This document shows positions 18,601 through 26,419 of a DNA stretch of 64,000 nucleotides, piece by piece. The DNA is from Anaerolineae bacterium. GTDB lineage: Bacteria; Chloroflexota; Anaerolineae; JAAYZQ01. Positions within the stretch are counted from its first letter, which is position 1. Each line of letters opens with the position of its first letter. The translations under genes and the position numbers were made by a program. The notes below the pieces were generated by a model. That model did no database searches. It saw nothing but the letters and a program-made list of their open reading frames with translations, and had not been told where the DNA came from. The stretch is from NCBI GenBank assembly GCA_034429215.1, contig DAOUGI010000126.1, positions 49,213-113,212 of the forward strand. The letters run 5' to 3'.

Positions 18601-18831
18601 GCTCTCGGCCAGGCCGCCGCCCCAATAGCCGACCGAAACGGTCGACTCATAGCCGCTCGACGCGGCCGTGTCGACCAGGGCCGGGTAGGTGGCGCCCTGC
18701 ACCTCAGTGGCGTGCGGGCGCCGCGCCACCAAGATAACGGCTGTCACCGCGACCGCCAGCAGCACAACCGCGCCGGCGGCAATGAGCAGAAACCGCCGGC
18801 TGCGGATCGTTTCCTTCCAGTTTTTGGCCAT
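12667..18831 (-). CDS. Bacterial alpha-2-macroglobulin family protein with thioester motif, N-terminal TM anchor
   Basis: 2054 aa. N-terminal TM helix (FLLIAAGAVVLLAVAVTAVILVA). Ig-like/MG domain repeats. CxEQ thioester motif RFECSEQLAS, coded at 14140-14151. A2M receptor-binding-like C-terminus. Confidence 0.85.
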   Translation of the reverse strand: MAKNWKETIRSRRFLLIAAGAVVLLAVAVTAVILVARRPHATEVQGATYPALVDTAASSGYESTVSVGYWGGGLAESGGEQLLIRLSEGQAGQQAIESLPPVQGEPLSDDEIAAILARLPELTAEPGEQMELHLPPDSPPPPRPGQTVEEDFPPPAAVVVPEPPAAGPLHVLRYAPEGQIALAPFLNVTFDQPMAPLATLEALAAADVPVRLEPSLPGTWKWLGTKTLSFEYDSTQIDRLPMATEYVATVPAGTRSATGGVLAEEVRWTFSTPPPRMIASYPPSGSPQPLSPVFLVVFDQRIDPAAVLKTIAVTAGGSPAPVRLATADDLAADKDAGRAADGAEESRWLAFVAEQPLPADAAVSVMVGPGTPSAEGPLVSTEAQSYGFSTYAPLRIVRHGCSWYQDDCRPLAPLFIEFNNPLDADVYQDKMLRIELALAGATVDVSGNTITIHGATTGLTTYTAVVSGSLQDIFGQTLGQDASLTFKIGSAEPALYGPEESFVTLDPASKTPVLTVYTINYTHLRVRAYQVQPSDWPSFRTYLENYYRQGYQAEPLGRPAIDKIMPLEAATDALTEVSIDLSSALEGGLGHLIVIVEPDPLPDRDRYWQPVQVWVQATRIGLDAFADHGQMMVWATVLQNGAPLSGVTIEGQNRSGGVGSFGGAAVTGEDGTARLDLSGRNAVLLVAKKGSDTAILPRSPYAWSDEAWESRPASDELRWYVFDDRGIYRPGEEVHVKGWLRRVGSRQDGDVGLVPVESVSYRVISSQGNEMATGQAEANALGGFDLAFTLPNNANLGYATIELTAQGSLGDLATSWQYGHSFQIQEFRRPEFEVTARNETPGPYFAGGPVSHASGGSATVAVEAAYYAGGPLPNAEVTWQVSSSPGSYSPPNWPDFIFGRWQPWWYRDWYYPPYRGETKVETFSGVTDASGTHFLQLDFEQEGEPQPMSIRAEATVMDVNRQAWAAATTLLVHPADLYVGLRCDRTFVQRGEPLDIDIIVTDLDGAPVPDRPVQVQAARMEWRSVRGTWQQEAVDVQECSVGSGSEPVSCTFKTEMGGQYQITATVTDSSGRKNQSQFTRWVSGGQQPVSRKVEQEQVTLIPDKESYQPGDVAQVLVQSPFSPAEGLLTVSRSGILYTERFRVEDGTVTLSVPIEDKHIPNLHLQVDLVGAAARTDDQGEAVEGAPPRPAYARGELSLSIPPLQRTLKLQVTPREKELEPGGQTTLDLLLTGPDGRPVADAELAVVVVDEAILALTGYQLADPLAVFYAERPADLESRYGRDSIILANPEALASQDREVALLGAADTMAVEESVVLQMAAPTSAPSAAKEMEDAAEAKPIRVRTDFNPLATFAPKVRTDANGAAQVEVTLPDNLTRYRVMVVAVAGGSHFGSGEANLTARLPLMVRPSAPRFLNFGDQLELPVVVQNQTDEPLTVDVALQATNLELTAGAGRRVTVPARDRVEVRFPAITIQAGTARFQVAAVSGSFADAATVELPVYTPATTEAFATYGVVDEGAIAQPLAAVGDDVFTQFGGLEISTSSTALQALTDAVLYLTSYRFECSEQLASRILAISALRDVLQAFSAEGLPAPEEMESAVKRDIERLQVLQNDDGGFPYWSRRRESIPFNTVHVAHALQRAESMDFAVPADMRSRVLDYLRQIEGYYPSWYGEDTRHTVSAYALYVRHLMGDGDAAKAKKLLNTAGLEKLSLDAAAWLWQVMLDDSGSAAEVEAIARHIANRAVETAGAANFTTAYSDHAYLLLRSDRRTDAIILDALIAAEPDSDLIPKVVNGLLAHRKQGRWDNTQENVFVLLALDRYFDTFESQTPDFVARIWLGDTYVGEHAYQGRTTERHESGVPMSYLASLGSAQDLIVSKEGPGRLYYRLGLRYAPTDLTLDPVDMGFVVQRSYEAVDDPADVTRDEQGVWHIKAGARVRVRLKMVADNRRYHVALVDPLPAGLEIVNPALAVSGDVPQDPSSPDYRYGWWWWGTWYEHQNMRDERAEAFAALLWEGVYDYTYIARATTPGTFVVPPAKAEEMYSPEVFGRSGSDRVIVE

Positions 18832-18921
18832 AAGATCTCCCCCTTGAAAACGGACTTGCTATATGCCAGACGTCAAGGGCGGCAGAGTAGTTCCACACAT
18901 GTCACCGCCGGCCATGCCGTT

Positions 18922-19563
18922 TCAGATCGTCCTGGCATCAAAGAACGCCCGGCCGTCGCCGTGCCAGACGCGAAAGGCTTCGGGTATCCGGGTGCGGTGG
19001 CCCGGATCCAGATCCTCGGGTAGATGATCCTCGGGAAACCAGCCAGATCCCAGCACCTCGACGGCATGAGATGGAGGCGCCGCCGGCTCGTGCTCCAGCG
19101 GCTCGCACAGGAAAAGGAACTGGTAAAGGTGGTGGCGGGTGGGGGTGCCGCACAGCCGCGAGTCAAAGACGCCGACGAGGGAGACGGCGCGGCAGCGGAT
19201 GCCGGTTTCCTCCATAGCCTCGCGCTCGACGCCCTCAGCAGGCGTCTCGCCGACCTCAAGCGCTCCGCCGGGCATGGCCCACTGGCCGTTGTCGGCCCGC
19301 CGGATGAGGAGGATCCGCCCCTGGTCATCGATCACGGCAGCATCGCCGGTGGAGAAGGGGGTAGGGCAGGAAAAGATAGGGTCGCGGAGTGGCTCGATCT
19401 GGTCGAGCGCCTGGCCGCTGACCAGGGCCAGCATCTCCATGGCGATTGTCTGGACGGCGCGGTAGGCCTCCCGGTCGTGGAACCGCTGGGTAAAACGAAG
19501 GCCCATGGCCGAAATGCTGCGCAGTCTATCGGCCCACAGGGCGATCTGTTCGGCGGCAGTCAT
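18922..19563 (-). CDS. NUDIX hydrolase with N-terminal NUDIX-associated helical domain
   Basis: Nudix box GGALEVGETPAEGVEREAMEETG. Confidence 0.85.
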   Translation of the reverse strand: MTAAEQIALWADRLRSISAMGLRFTQRFHDREAYRAVQTIAMEMLALVSGQALDQIEPLRDPIFSCPTPFSTGDAAVIDDQGRILLIRRADNGQWAMPGGALEVGETPAEGVEREAMEETGIRCRAVSLVGVFDSRLCGTPTRHHLYQFLFLCEPLEHEPAAPPSHAVEVLGSGWFPEDHLPEDLDPGHRTRIPEAFRVWHGDGRAFFDARTI

Positions 19564-19565
19564 GG

Positions 19566-19928
19566 CTAGCAGGTCACGTGGAACACGCCGATGACGGCGC
19601 CTTTGGCCTCGTTCCAGGCGTCGATGGCCCGCAGTGTAGGCAGGAGCTTGACCTTGCAGTCCTTGTCTTTGAAATAAGCGGCGGCCTCTGCCGACAGCTC
19701 GACCAGGCCGGTCTGGCCGGTGCCGACGATCAGGCGCTCGGCGCCTTTGTCGTGGATGTGCTTGGCTTCGGCCAGGGAGATGGTGTGCGAGGTGCCATAG
19801 ATCTCTGAGGACAGCTTCTTTTTGCGCTTTTTGACCTGGCCGTCGAGGCCGATCTGGACGTCATAGTCATAGACCTCGCCGGCGATAGTGATCGAGCCGA
19901 ACTCGGTCGCATCGATTTTGGGTTTCAT
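19566..19928 (-). CDS. Mth938-like (DUF498/NDUFAF3-type) domain protein
   Basis: MKPKIDATEFGSITIAGEVYDYDVQI...LIVGTGQTGL...LPTLRAIDAWN. The ATG at 19928 is preceded by AGGAGG. The upstream part of the 165-aa ORF is rejected. Confidence 0.65.
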   Translation of the reverse strand: MKPKIDATEFGSITIAGEVYDYDVQIGLDGQVKKRKKKLSSEIYGTSHTISLAEAKHIHDKGAERLIVGTGQTGLVELSAEAAAYFKDKDCKVKLLPTLRAIDAWNEAKGAVIGVFHVTC

Positions 19929-19968
19929 GGAGAACCTCCTGTAGGGGCAGGCCTCCGTGCCTGCCCTG

Positions 19969-21894
19969 TCAGCGCAAGACGCGCTCGTCGCCAACGCGAC
20001 GGGTGATGCGCTTTTCGTCCAGGTAGTTGACCAGGGCCAGGGCGTATTTGCGGCTGGCGCCAAAGAGGTCGCGGACCTGGGCGACGGTGATCGTCGGGTT
20101 CTCGTGCAAGAAAGCGACGATCCGGTCGCGCATCTGCTCGTAGGTTTCGGTCAAAAAGATGACGTCCTCGTTAAGCCGGACCAGACGGCTCTGCTCGAGC
20201 AGAGCGTTAAGGACTTGAGCGCCGACGATCTCTTCACACTGGGCCACCGACGGCGTGGTATAAGGGCTCTCGCGGAAAAGGTGGAGGAGGTAATCGACCT
20301 GGCGCTGCTGGGCAGGGGTAAAGCTCGCCTGGTGAGAGGCCAGCCGCAGGGTGGTGGCATCCCCGGCCAGCCAGCCCTCGGTGCCGGCCAGGGCAGCGAT
20401 CTCGTTGAACAAGCGTGGGGTGACGGCCGGCAGGCGCTGGCTCAGGCGGCTCTTGACCTCTTCGCGGGGCATGCCGGCGCGCAGTGGGAACTGGGCGTGG
20501 TACTCGCCCAGCAGGCTTTCCAGCCGCTCGCGCAGCTCGCCCCAGCCGGAGCGGGTGACGACGAAATGGGCGTCGGGGATCGGCGGCAGGGGATCGGCGA
20601 TGCTGAATTTGGCATCGAGGACAAGAACCTGGCCGTCGCGGACGAGGACCGGCAAGGCATCCCTGGCCTGCTGCCGCGCCAGGCTGCTGCGGGCCAGCAG
20701 GTCACCCACTTCCGACGGCTGGCGGCGCTCGAGGGCCTGGACCAGGATCTCCTCAGGCGTGCCGTGGATCAGCGTCTCCAGTTGGGCGACGATCTCTGGC
20801 CGAAAGCGCTGGTGACGGCGGCCGGGAAAAGGGTTCACGACGATACCGCCGCCGACGGTGACGCTGGGCGATGGCTGGCGGAGGATGAAACGATCGCCCT
20901 TGACCAGGGCAACCGGCGCGGCCAGGCGGATTTGGACCCAGGCCTCGTCGCCGGGGACCAGGACTTCTTTGTCAAGAAGGCGGACCCAGGCGGGGGCCTC
21001 AGCCGCGCCGCTGAAAAAGTCGACCTGGGCATTGTGCTTTAGCGGGCCGGGGGCATCGGCCAGGTAGCGAAAATGGCAATCGACCAAGGTTGTCGGCTTG
21101 AGCCAGCCGGGCACCGTTACGACCTCGCCGCGCTGTACCTGGTCCTTGCTGACGCCGGTGAGATTGACGGCAACGCGGCTGCCCGGCACGGCCTGCTCGA
21201 CCTTGGCCTTGTGAGTTTGCAGGCCACGGATGCGGGCCCTGAGCCCCGATGGCAGGAACTCGACCTCCTGGCCGGTGGACAGCGGACCATCGCTGAGGGT
21301 GCCGGTGACCACCGTGCCAAAACCAGAGATGGTAAAGACCCGATCGACCGGCAGGCGGGCCCGGCCCACGTTGCGGCGCGGGGCGGCCGTGTCCAGGACG
21401 CGCTCCAGCTCGACGATCAGTTGGTCCAATCCCTGCCGGGTCCGCGCCGAACAGCGGACGATCGGCGCTCTGGTCAGGACGGTGCCGTCGAGAACATCGA
21501 GGAGGTCCGCCTCGACCAGCTCGAGCCAGTCTTCGTCCTGGACGGCGTCGACCTTGGTCAGGGCGACAACGCCCCCGTGAACGTGGAGCAGGTCGAGAAT
21601 AGCCAGGTGCTCGCGGGTTTGGGGCATGACCCCTTCGTCGGCAGCAACGACAAACAGGGCAGCGTCGATACCGCCCACACCGGCGAGCATGTTCTTGATA
21701 AAGTCTTTGTGGCCGGGGACGTCGACGATGCCGACCTGCTCACCGCCCGGCAAGGCCAGCCAGGCAAAGCCCAGGTCGATGGTCATGTCGCGTTCTTTTT
21801 CTTCCTTAAGCCGGTCGGGATCGATGCCGGTCAGGGCATGGACCAGGGTGGACTTGCCATGATCGACGTGGCCGGCGGTGCCTATTACGCGCAA
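19969..21894 (-). CDS. selB: Selenocysteine-specific translation elongation factor
   Basis: GTPase motifs GHVDHGKST, DVPGH and TKVD. Long C-terminal winged-helix extension ending ...RKYALALVNYLDEKRITRRVGDERVLR. TTG start lies 3 nt after the stop of the upstream gene. Confidence 0.88.
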   Translation of the reverse strand: MRVIGTAGHVDHGKSTLVHALTGIDPDRLKEEKERDMTIDLGFAWLALPGGEQVGIVDVPGHKDFIKNMLAGVGGIDAALFVVAADEGVMPQTREHLAILDLLHVHGGVVALTKVDAVQDEDWLELVEADLLDVLDGTVLTRAPIVRCSARTRQGLDQLIVELERVLDTAAPRRNVGRARLPVDRVFTISGFGTVVTGTLSDGPLSTGQEVEFLPSGLRARIRGLQTHKAKVEQAVPGSRVAVNLTGVSKDQVQRGEVVTVPGWLKPTTLVDCHFRYLADAPGPLKHNAQVDFFSGAAEAPAWVRLLDKEVLVPGDEAWVQIRLAAPVALVKGDRFILRQPSPSVTVGGGIVVNPFPGRRHQRFRPEIVAQLETLIHGTPEEILVQALERRQPSEVGDLLARSSLARQQARDALPVLVRDGQVLVLDAKFSIADPLPPIPDAHFVVTRSGWGELRERLESLLGEYHAQFPLRAGMPREEVKSRLSQRLPAVTPRLFNEIAALAGTEGWLAGDATTLRLASHQASFTPAQQRQVDYLLHLFRESPYTTPSVAQCEEIVGAQVLNALLEQSRLVRLNEDVIFLTETYEQMRDRIVAFLHENPTITVAQVRDLFGASRKYALALVNYLDEKRITRRVGDERVLR

Positions 21895-21897
21895 GGT

Positions 21898-23091
21898 CTA
21901 TTCCTGTTTAGGTCGATCTTCAAGAAGGCGGGTTATTTCACCCTGCCAGCGGCGCGCATCCTGGGTCTGAATAGCGATCTGACCTTCCAGGAACTTCCAC
22001 AAGGCGCCGATCTGGATCTGGTGTTGAGATAGCATCTTTTCGACAGGGAGAAAGTGCTCATTGGTTTCCTTGTTACGCTTGGCCTGCTCGCCCCACTGGT
22101 GTTCCCAGCCCAAAACCTCTTTTTTCCAACGCTTTTCGTTTTCCTCCTGCCACTGTTCGAGCTGGTGCTTCTGTCGTTCTTCGGCCAGGCGCTGCAGCTC
22201 GGATGTCTGGGTTTGCTCGCGGGCGATCCGTTCCTGAAAGCGCTCGACCGACGCGACCACCTGGCGGTCTTTTTGAAAAGCCTCGGCGAACTGACCGATG
22301 CGGATGTGAAAATCGTCGATCCGCTTGACCTGCTCGGTTATGGTGGCCAACGCCTCGGCGGTTTGGCGCTTGACCGCTTCCATTTCCAGGAGCTGGCCGT
22401 CGACAAACTCGCGCTGCGCGCCACGGAGCTGGGCCACCAGCTCACGCAGCTCGGTCAGGTTGCGCTCCTGGCGGACCGTGGTGTCCTGGATGGTCTGCGT
22501 CCGCGAGTTGAGCTGCTCGGTGCGCTTGAGGGCCTCGAGCGATTCCTGCTGCAGTTGGGCGACGCGCTTGGCTTCCTGCTGGCGGGCGTCTTCGAGGAAG
22601 GGAATGGGACGCAGGCGGTCTTCTGTTTCCTTGGTCAGAGCGGCGACCTGTTGTTGCACGTTCAGCACCGTCTCGCCCACGCGCTGCTGTTCGGCCTTGC
22701 GCAGGGCTACTTCTTCGTCAAGGCGAGGCAGTCGCTGGAGGTCACGGCGGATCTCATTGACGGCCCGCGAGGTATTGTCACGCTCGATGGCCCGCACCCG
22801 CTCGGCCTCGCGGGTTTCGTGCTGGCGGCGCTCCTCCGCCTCCTGGAGCATCAACGTTACTTCGTCTTTGAGCTGGCGCAAGGCAGCCTCGAGCTGGCTG
22901 AACTTGAGGAGTTGGGCCTGCAGGCCGGCCAGGCGGCCCTCCAGGTCCTGGATGGTGCGCGACTGGTCACTGAGCTGCCCTTCCTGGCTCTCGAGCCGCT
23001 GCTGAAGCCGGATTAGCTCGGCCTTGTCGCGGCGGTGCTCTTCGTCCAGCCAGGTCGTCATCTGCGTGAGTTGATTTATTTCCATCGACAT
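21898..23091 (-). CDS. Coiled-coil protein of unknown function
   Basis: Heptad-rich and E/Q/R/L-rich throughout, with no recognisable catalytic motif. Start ATG at 23091 (MSMEINQ...). Confidence 0.5.
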   Translation of the reverse strand: MSMEINQLTQMTTWLDEEHRRDKAELIRLQQRLESQEGQLSDQSRTIQDLEGRLAGLQAQLLKFSQLEAALRQLKDEVTLMLQEAEERRQHETREAERVRAIERDNTSRAVNEIRRDLQRLPRLDEEVALRKAEQQRVGETVLNVQQQVAALTKETEDRLRPIPFLEDARQQEAKRVAQLQQESLEALKRTEQLNSRTQTIQDTTVRQERNLTELRELVAQLRGAQREFVDGQLLEMEAVKRQTAEALATITEQVKRIDDFHIRIGQFAEAFQKDRQVVASVERFQERIAREQTQTSELQRLAEERQKHQLEQWQEENEKRWKKEVLGWEHQWGEQAKRNKETNEHFLPVEKMLSQHQIQIGALWKFLEGQIAIQTQDARRWQGEITRLLEDRPKQE

Positions 23092-23147
23092 GGGTAATGC
23101 CTCTCCATAATGTGAGCGATTCAAATCACTGCCACAAATCGCAGGGC

Positions 23148-23804
23148 CTAATCATTCAAGGTGACGATCTCGCCCGAGACGACAAAGATGATGCGCTCGG
23201 CGATATTGGTCGTCCGGTCGGCGATCCGCTCCAGGTTGTGGGCGACCCACAACAGGTAGGTGGCCTGCTGGATAGTCCGCGGATCTCGCACCATGATCGC
23301 CAGCAGGTCGTCAAAGACCTGGCTATATAGGTTGTCCACCACCGTATCGGCCGCCGCGACCCGGCGAGCGGTCTCGGCGTCCCGGTCGGCAAAGGCCTGT
23401 AGGATGTCCAACAACATGCGGCGGCCCTCTTCGGCCATGTGCGGAATGTCGATCAGAGGTTTGATAAACGGCTGGCCGGCCAGCCTGATCGCCAGCTTGG
23501 CGATGCCTTCGGTATAGTCGCCGATCCGCTCCAGCTCTGCAGCGATGTTGGTCACGGCCAACAGGGTGCGCAGATCGCCGGCCATCGGCTGCTGGGTGGC
23601 GATCAGAACCAGGCACTTTTCGTCGATGTCGTGTTGAGCACTGTTGACTTGATCGTCGCCGTCGATGACCTGCTGAGCCAGCTTGACGTCCTGGCGGACA
23701 AGGGCCTGGATCGACAGGTCGAGCGCATGGGCCACCATCTGCCCCACCAGCAACAGGTCCTCCAGCAACTCGTCAATCTGTTCTTTGAATACTTGCCTGA
23801 CCAT
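23148..23804 (-). CDS. phoU: Phosphate signalling complex protein PhoU
   Basis: Two PhoU repeats: ...AELERIGDYTEGIA... and ...AHNLERIADRTTNIAE.... The ATG at 23804 is preceded by GGAGGAGA. The longer 290-aa ORF is rejected. Confidence 0.88.
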   Translation of the reverse strand: MVRQVFKEQIDELLEDLLLVGQMVAHALDLSIQALVRQDVKLAQQVIDGDDQVNSAQHDIDEKCLVLIATQQPMAGDLRTLLAVTNIAAELERIGDYTEGIAKLAIRLAGQPFIKPLIDIPHMAEEGRRMLLDILQAFADRDAETARRVAAADTVVDNLYSQVFDDLLAIMVRDPRTIQQATYLLWVAHNLERIADRTTNIAERIIFVVSGEIVTLND

Positions 23805-23824
23805 GGTCTCCTCCGTTAGGCTGC

Positions 23825-25189
23825 CTAATAGTGTATATCCACCGGGGTGCCGATCTCGGCCCAATCGTAGACACGCTTGGCAGCAGCGGTGTCCAGTATG
23901 ACGCAGCCATAGGATTGCTTCGTGCCCAGCAGCCCACCCCACATGACGCTGCCGTCGGGACGGATGGGCAGGGCGTGTATGCCGTTTTCGATGCGTCCAA
24001 CGTAGTAGATGCCCAGCCAATAGGGCATTTTGAGCCGCCAGACGCTGGAATAGGCCATTTCGATCTTGTCCAGGACGTGGTAATGGCCGGTGGCGGTATC
24101 GCGGCCGGGCAGTCCGGTGGAGGTGGCATAACTATAGACCAGCTTGTCACCCTCCCAGGCGTAAAAGTGCTGGTCGCCGATGTCGATCTCGATCCGCTTG
24201 GGCGGGAAGAGCTCGAGCATGACGGCGTCGAGGTGGGTTTGCGCCTCGGCGTCGCCAGGTTGGAGGGTCAGGGCCATCTCCAGATCGATCCGGGCCTCCT
24301 TATACTTGGCCTTTTCTTCGTAGGTGATTCCCCGCTGGCGGTAAGCCTGAGCCAACGAGGCAACGGTATCCGGATAGTCAGGGATGGCGTCGTGGACCGG
24401 GGTGAGGGCCTCAATCGCTGCCGTCCAGTCGCCGGCAGCGAGCGCCTCCTGCCCGGCCAGGAAGGAGCGGGTTGCCTGCTGCCAGCGGCCTGCCTGGGCG
24501 TCATCCGGCGCCAGGGCCACGGCCTGATCAAACTGGCTGAGGGCATCGGTTGTCTGCCGGTCCCGGACCAGGGCCTGGCCATAGGTCAAGTGGGTCGTGG
24601 CGGCCCAACGCTGCACCTCGTCACCACCCGGGTCGACACTGTCCATGATCTTGACAATCTCAAAGGCGCGCTGCCAGTCGGCCTGGGCCAGGGCCGTCTC
24701 TAGTTGGGGGGCAAACTCGGCCACGATCTGACCGGGCATCAGGGTCGGCACTGGTGTGGAGCCAGGGCCGGGTGTGGGCAAGAGCCAGGCCAGGCTGGCG
24801 TCGATCGGTCCCCAAACGAGCACCGCCGCCAAAGCAACCACAGCGATGACGGCGAACAGCAAGAAAAGCCTGATTGAGGCCGAACGCGCCGGCGACGGAG
24901 CAGGGACTACCAGGCGGGCCGGCGCCGGAACGGCCATGGCCGGGTCGAGGATCAGGGCCTGGCGCAGGGGCGCCTGCCGGTCGTCTGGGTCGTCGGCCAG
25001 CCGCGCCAGGAGATGCCAGGCCTCAGCGCAGGCCGGATCGGCCTCGACGGCAGCGCGCAAGAGGCAACGCGCCCCGGCAGCATCGCCCTCACGGGCAAGG
25101 ATGCGGGCCGCATCGAGGTGGAGCTGGGCCTGGTGGCCGGGATCGGCGCTCTGATAAAAGCGTTGCAGGCTTGTCCGGTCGTTTGCCAA
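23825..25189 (-). CDS. TPR-repeat protein with C-terminal L,D-transpeptidase (YkuD) domain, single TM
   Basis: YkuD motifs ...NGIHALP... and catalytic SYGCVIL. TPR-like N-terminal and central parts. TM helix IRLFLLFAVIAVVALAAVLVW. TTG start. Confidence 0.8.
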   Translation of the reverse strand: MANDRTSLQRFYQSADPGHQAQLHLDAARILAREGDAAGARCLLRAAVEADPACAEAWHLLARLADDPDDRQAPLRQALILDPAMAVPAPARLVVPAPSPARSASIRLFLLFAVIAVVALAAVLVWGPIDASLAWLLPTPGPGSTPVPTLMPGQIVAEFAPQLETALAQADWQRAFEIVKIMDSVDPGGDEVQRWAATTHLTYGQALVRDRQTTDALSQFDQAVALAPDDAQAGRWQQATRSFLAGQEALAAGDWTAAIEALTPVHDAIPDYPDTVASLAQAYRQRGITYEEKAKYKEARIDLEMALTLQPGDAEAQTHLDAVMLELFPPKRIEIDIGDQHFYAWEGDKLVYSYATSTGLPGRDTATGHYHVLDKIEMAYSSVWRLKMPYWLGIYYVGRIENGIHALPIRPDGSVMWGGLLGTKQSYGCVILDTAAAKRVYDWAEIGTPVDIHY

Positions 25190-25219
25190 TCTAGTTGCGA
25201 AAATCCTCTCTAAATAGAC

Positions 25220-25248
25220 TGCCCCTCACCCCGCGCCCCACAGGGGCA
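25220..25248. repeat. Partial copy of GC-rich repeat family B (CCCCTCACCCC core) forming a hairpin
   Basis: TGCCCCTCACCCCGCGCCCCACAGGGGCA. It shares the 11-mer CCCCTCACCCC with the copy at 58469-58544. Confidence 0.4.
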
Positions 25249-25342
25249 AGCAAGCAGGAACAGGCTTATTATAACACCAAACGCTCACATCCGCCAAACA
25301 GTTCCCAGGCGCGATGCAGTGAGTGCGTCGCACCTTACACCT

Positions 25343-25371
25343 TTGCGGCTAGGGACAAAGTAGGGTATAAT
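25343..25371 (+). promoter_or_regulatory. Sigma70-type promoter TTGCGG-17-TATAAT for the rmd-gmd operon
   Basis: Hexamers and spacer were counted directly. It is 47 nt upstream of the ATG at 25418. Confidence 0.5.
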
Positions 25372-25417
25372 AGCCGGCGAAAGGCGCAAGGGGGCGATAC
25401 TGGGCGCAGGGGAGGGC

Positions 25418-26371
25418 ATGTTGAAAGCACTGATCACCGGCATTTCAGGCTTTGTCGGCAGTTACCTGGCCGAATACCTGCTGGAACAACCAGGCTGGCA
25501 GGTGGCAGGAACGGTGTTCGGGCCGTATGCCAACATCGCCGATCTGCGCGGGAAGCTAGAGCTGTACCCTGCCGAGCTGTCGCGGCTGGACGTGATGACC
25601 TTCATCCTGCAAGAGTGCCAACCAGACGCGATCTTTCACTTGGCCGCGCAGCCGCTGGTGCAGGTGTCCAGGCAGGATCCGTGGGGCACGCTCGAAACAA
25701 ACATCCGGGTGCAGCTCAATGTGCTGGAAGGGGTAGTCCAAGTCAAGCCCGATTGCCGGGTGCTGGTAGTCGGCTCGGCAGAGGAGTATGGGCTGGTGAC
25801 GGCGGAGGATCTGCCGATCGACGAGGACACGCCTTTCCGGCCGCTGAGTCCGTATGCAACAAGCAAGGTCGCCCAGGATCTGTTGGGACTGCAATACTAT
25901 CTGACAAACCACCTGCATGTGGTCCGCGTGCGGCCGTTCAACCACATCGGCCCCCGCCAAAGGTCGGGCTTTGTCACCCCCGACCTGGCTCGGCAGATCG
26001 CGGCCGCAGAAGTTGGCCTACAGCCGCCGGTGATCGATGTGGGGAACCTGGCAGCCCGGCGTGATTTTTCGGACGTGCGGGACGTGGTCCGCGCTTATGT
26101 GCTGGCGATCACCGATGGAGAAGCCGGGCAGGTGTACAATGTTGGCTCGGGGCGGTCGCGCTCGATCCAGGAGGTGCTCGATTCCCTGCTGGCGTTGAGT
26201 TCAACGTCCATCGAGGTGCGGCAGGACCCGCAACGGATGCGGCCTTCGGATGTGCCGGATATGGTGTGCGATGCCAGCCGCCTGCGTCAAAAGACGGGCT
26301 GGCAGCCAGCTATTTCGTTCGAACAGAGCTTGAGCGATGTGCTGGAATATTGGCGGGCAGAAGTGAGATAA
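25418..26371 (+). CDS. rmd: GDP-4-dehydro-6-deoxy-D-mannose reductase-like NAD-dependent epimerase/dehydratase
   Basis: ITGISGFVGSYL Rossmann motif. SPYATSK (YxxxK). RPFNHIGPRQ. VGNLAARRDFSDVRDV. Collinear by eye with characterised Rmd proteins and adjacent to gmd. Confidence 0.7.
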   Translation: MLKALITGISGFVGSYLAEYLLEQPGWQVAGTVFGPYANIADLRGKLELYPAELSRLDVMTFILQECQPDAIFHLAAQPLVQVSRQDPWGTLETNIRVQLNVLEGVVQVKPDCRVLVVGSAEEYGLVTAEDLPIDEDTPFRPLSPYATSKVAQDLLGLQYYLTNHLHVVRVRPFNHIGPRQRSGFVTPDLARQIAAAEVGLQPPVIDVGNLAARRDFSDVRDVVRAYVLAITDGEAGQVYNVGSGRSRSIQEVLDSLLALSSTSIEVRQDPQRMRPSDVPDMVCDASRLRQKTGWQPAISFEQSLSDVLEYWRAEVR

Positions 26372-26419
26372 ACTAGATCCTACAGGTTTCCAGAATTCCA
26401 GGGTCTTGAGGGATAAGGG

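Noticed and set aside
18832-18921. Sigma70 promoter for the alpha-2-macroglobulin gene (TTGACG ... TATAGC on the minus strand)
   Set aside because: The spacer between the two hexamers is only about 7 nt, so this is not a plausible -35/-10 pair.
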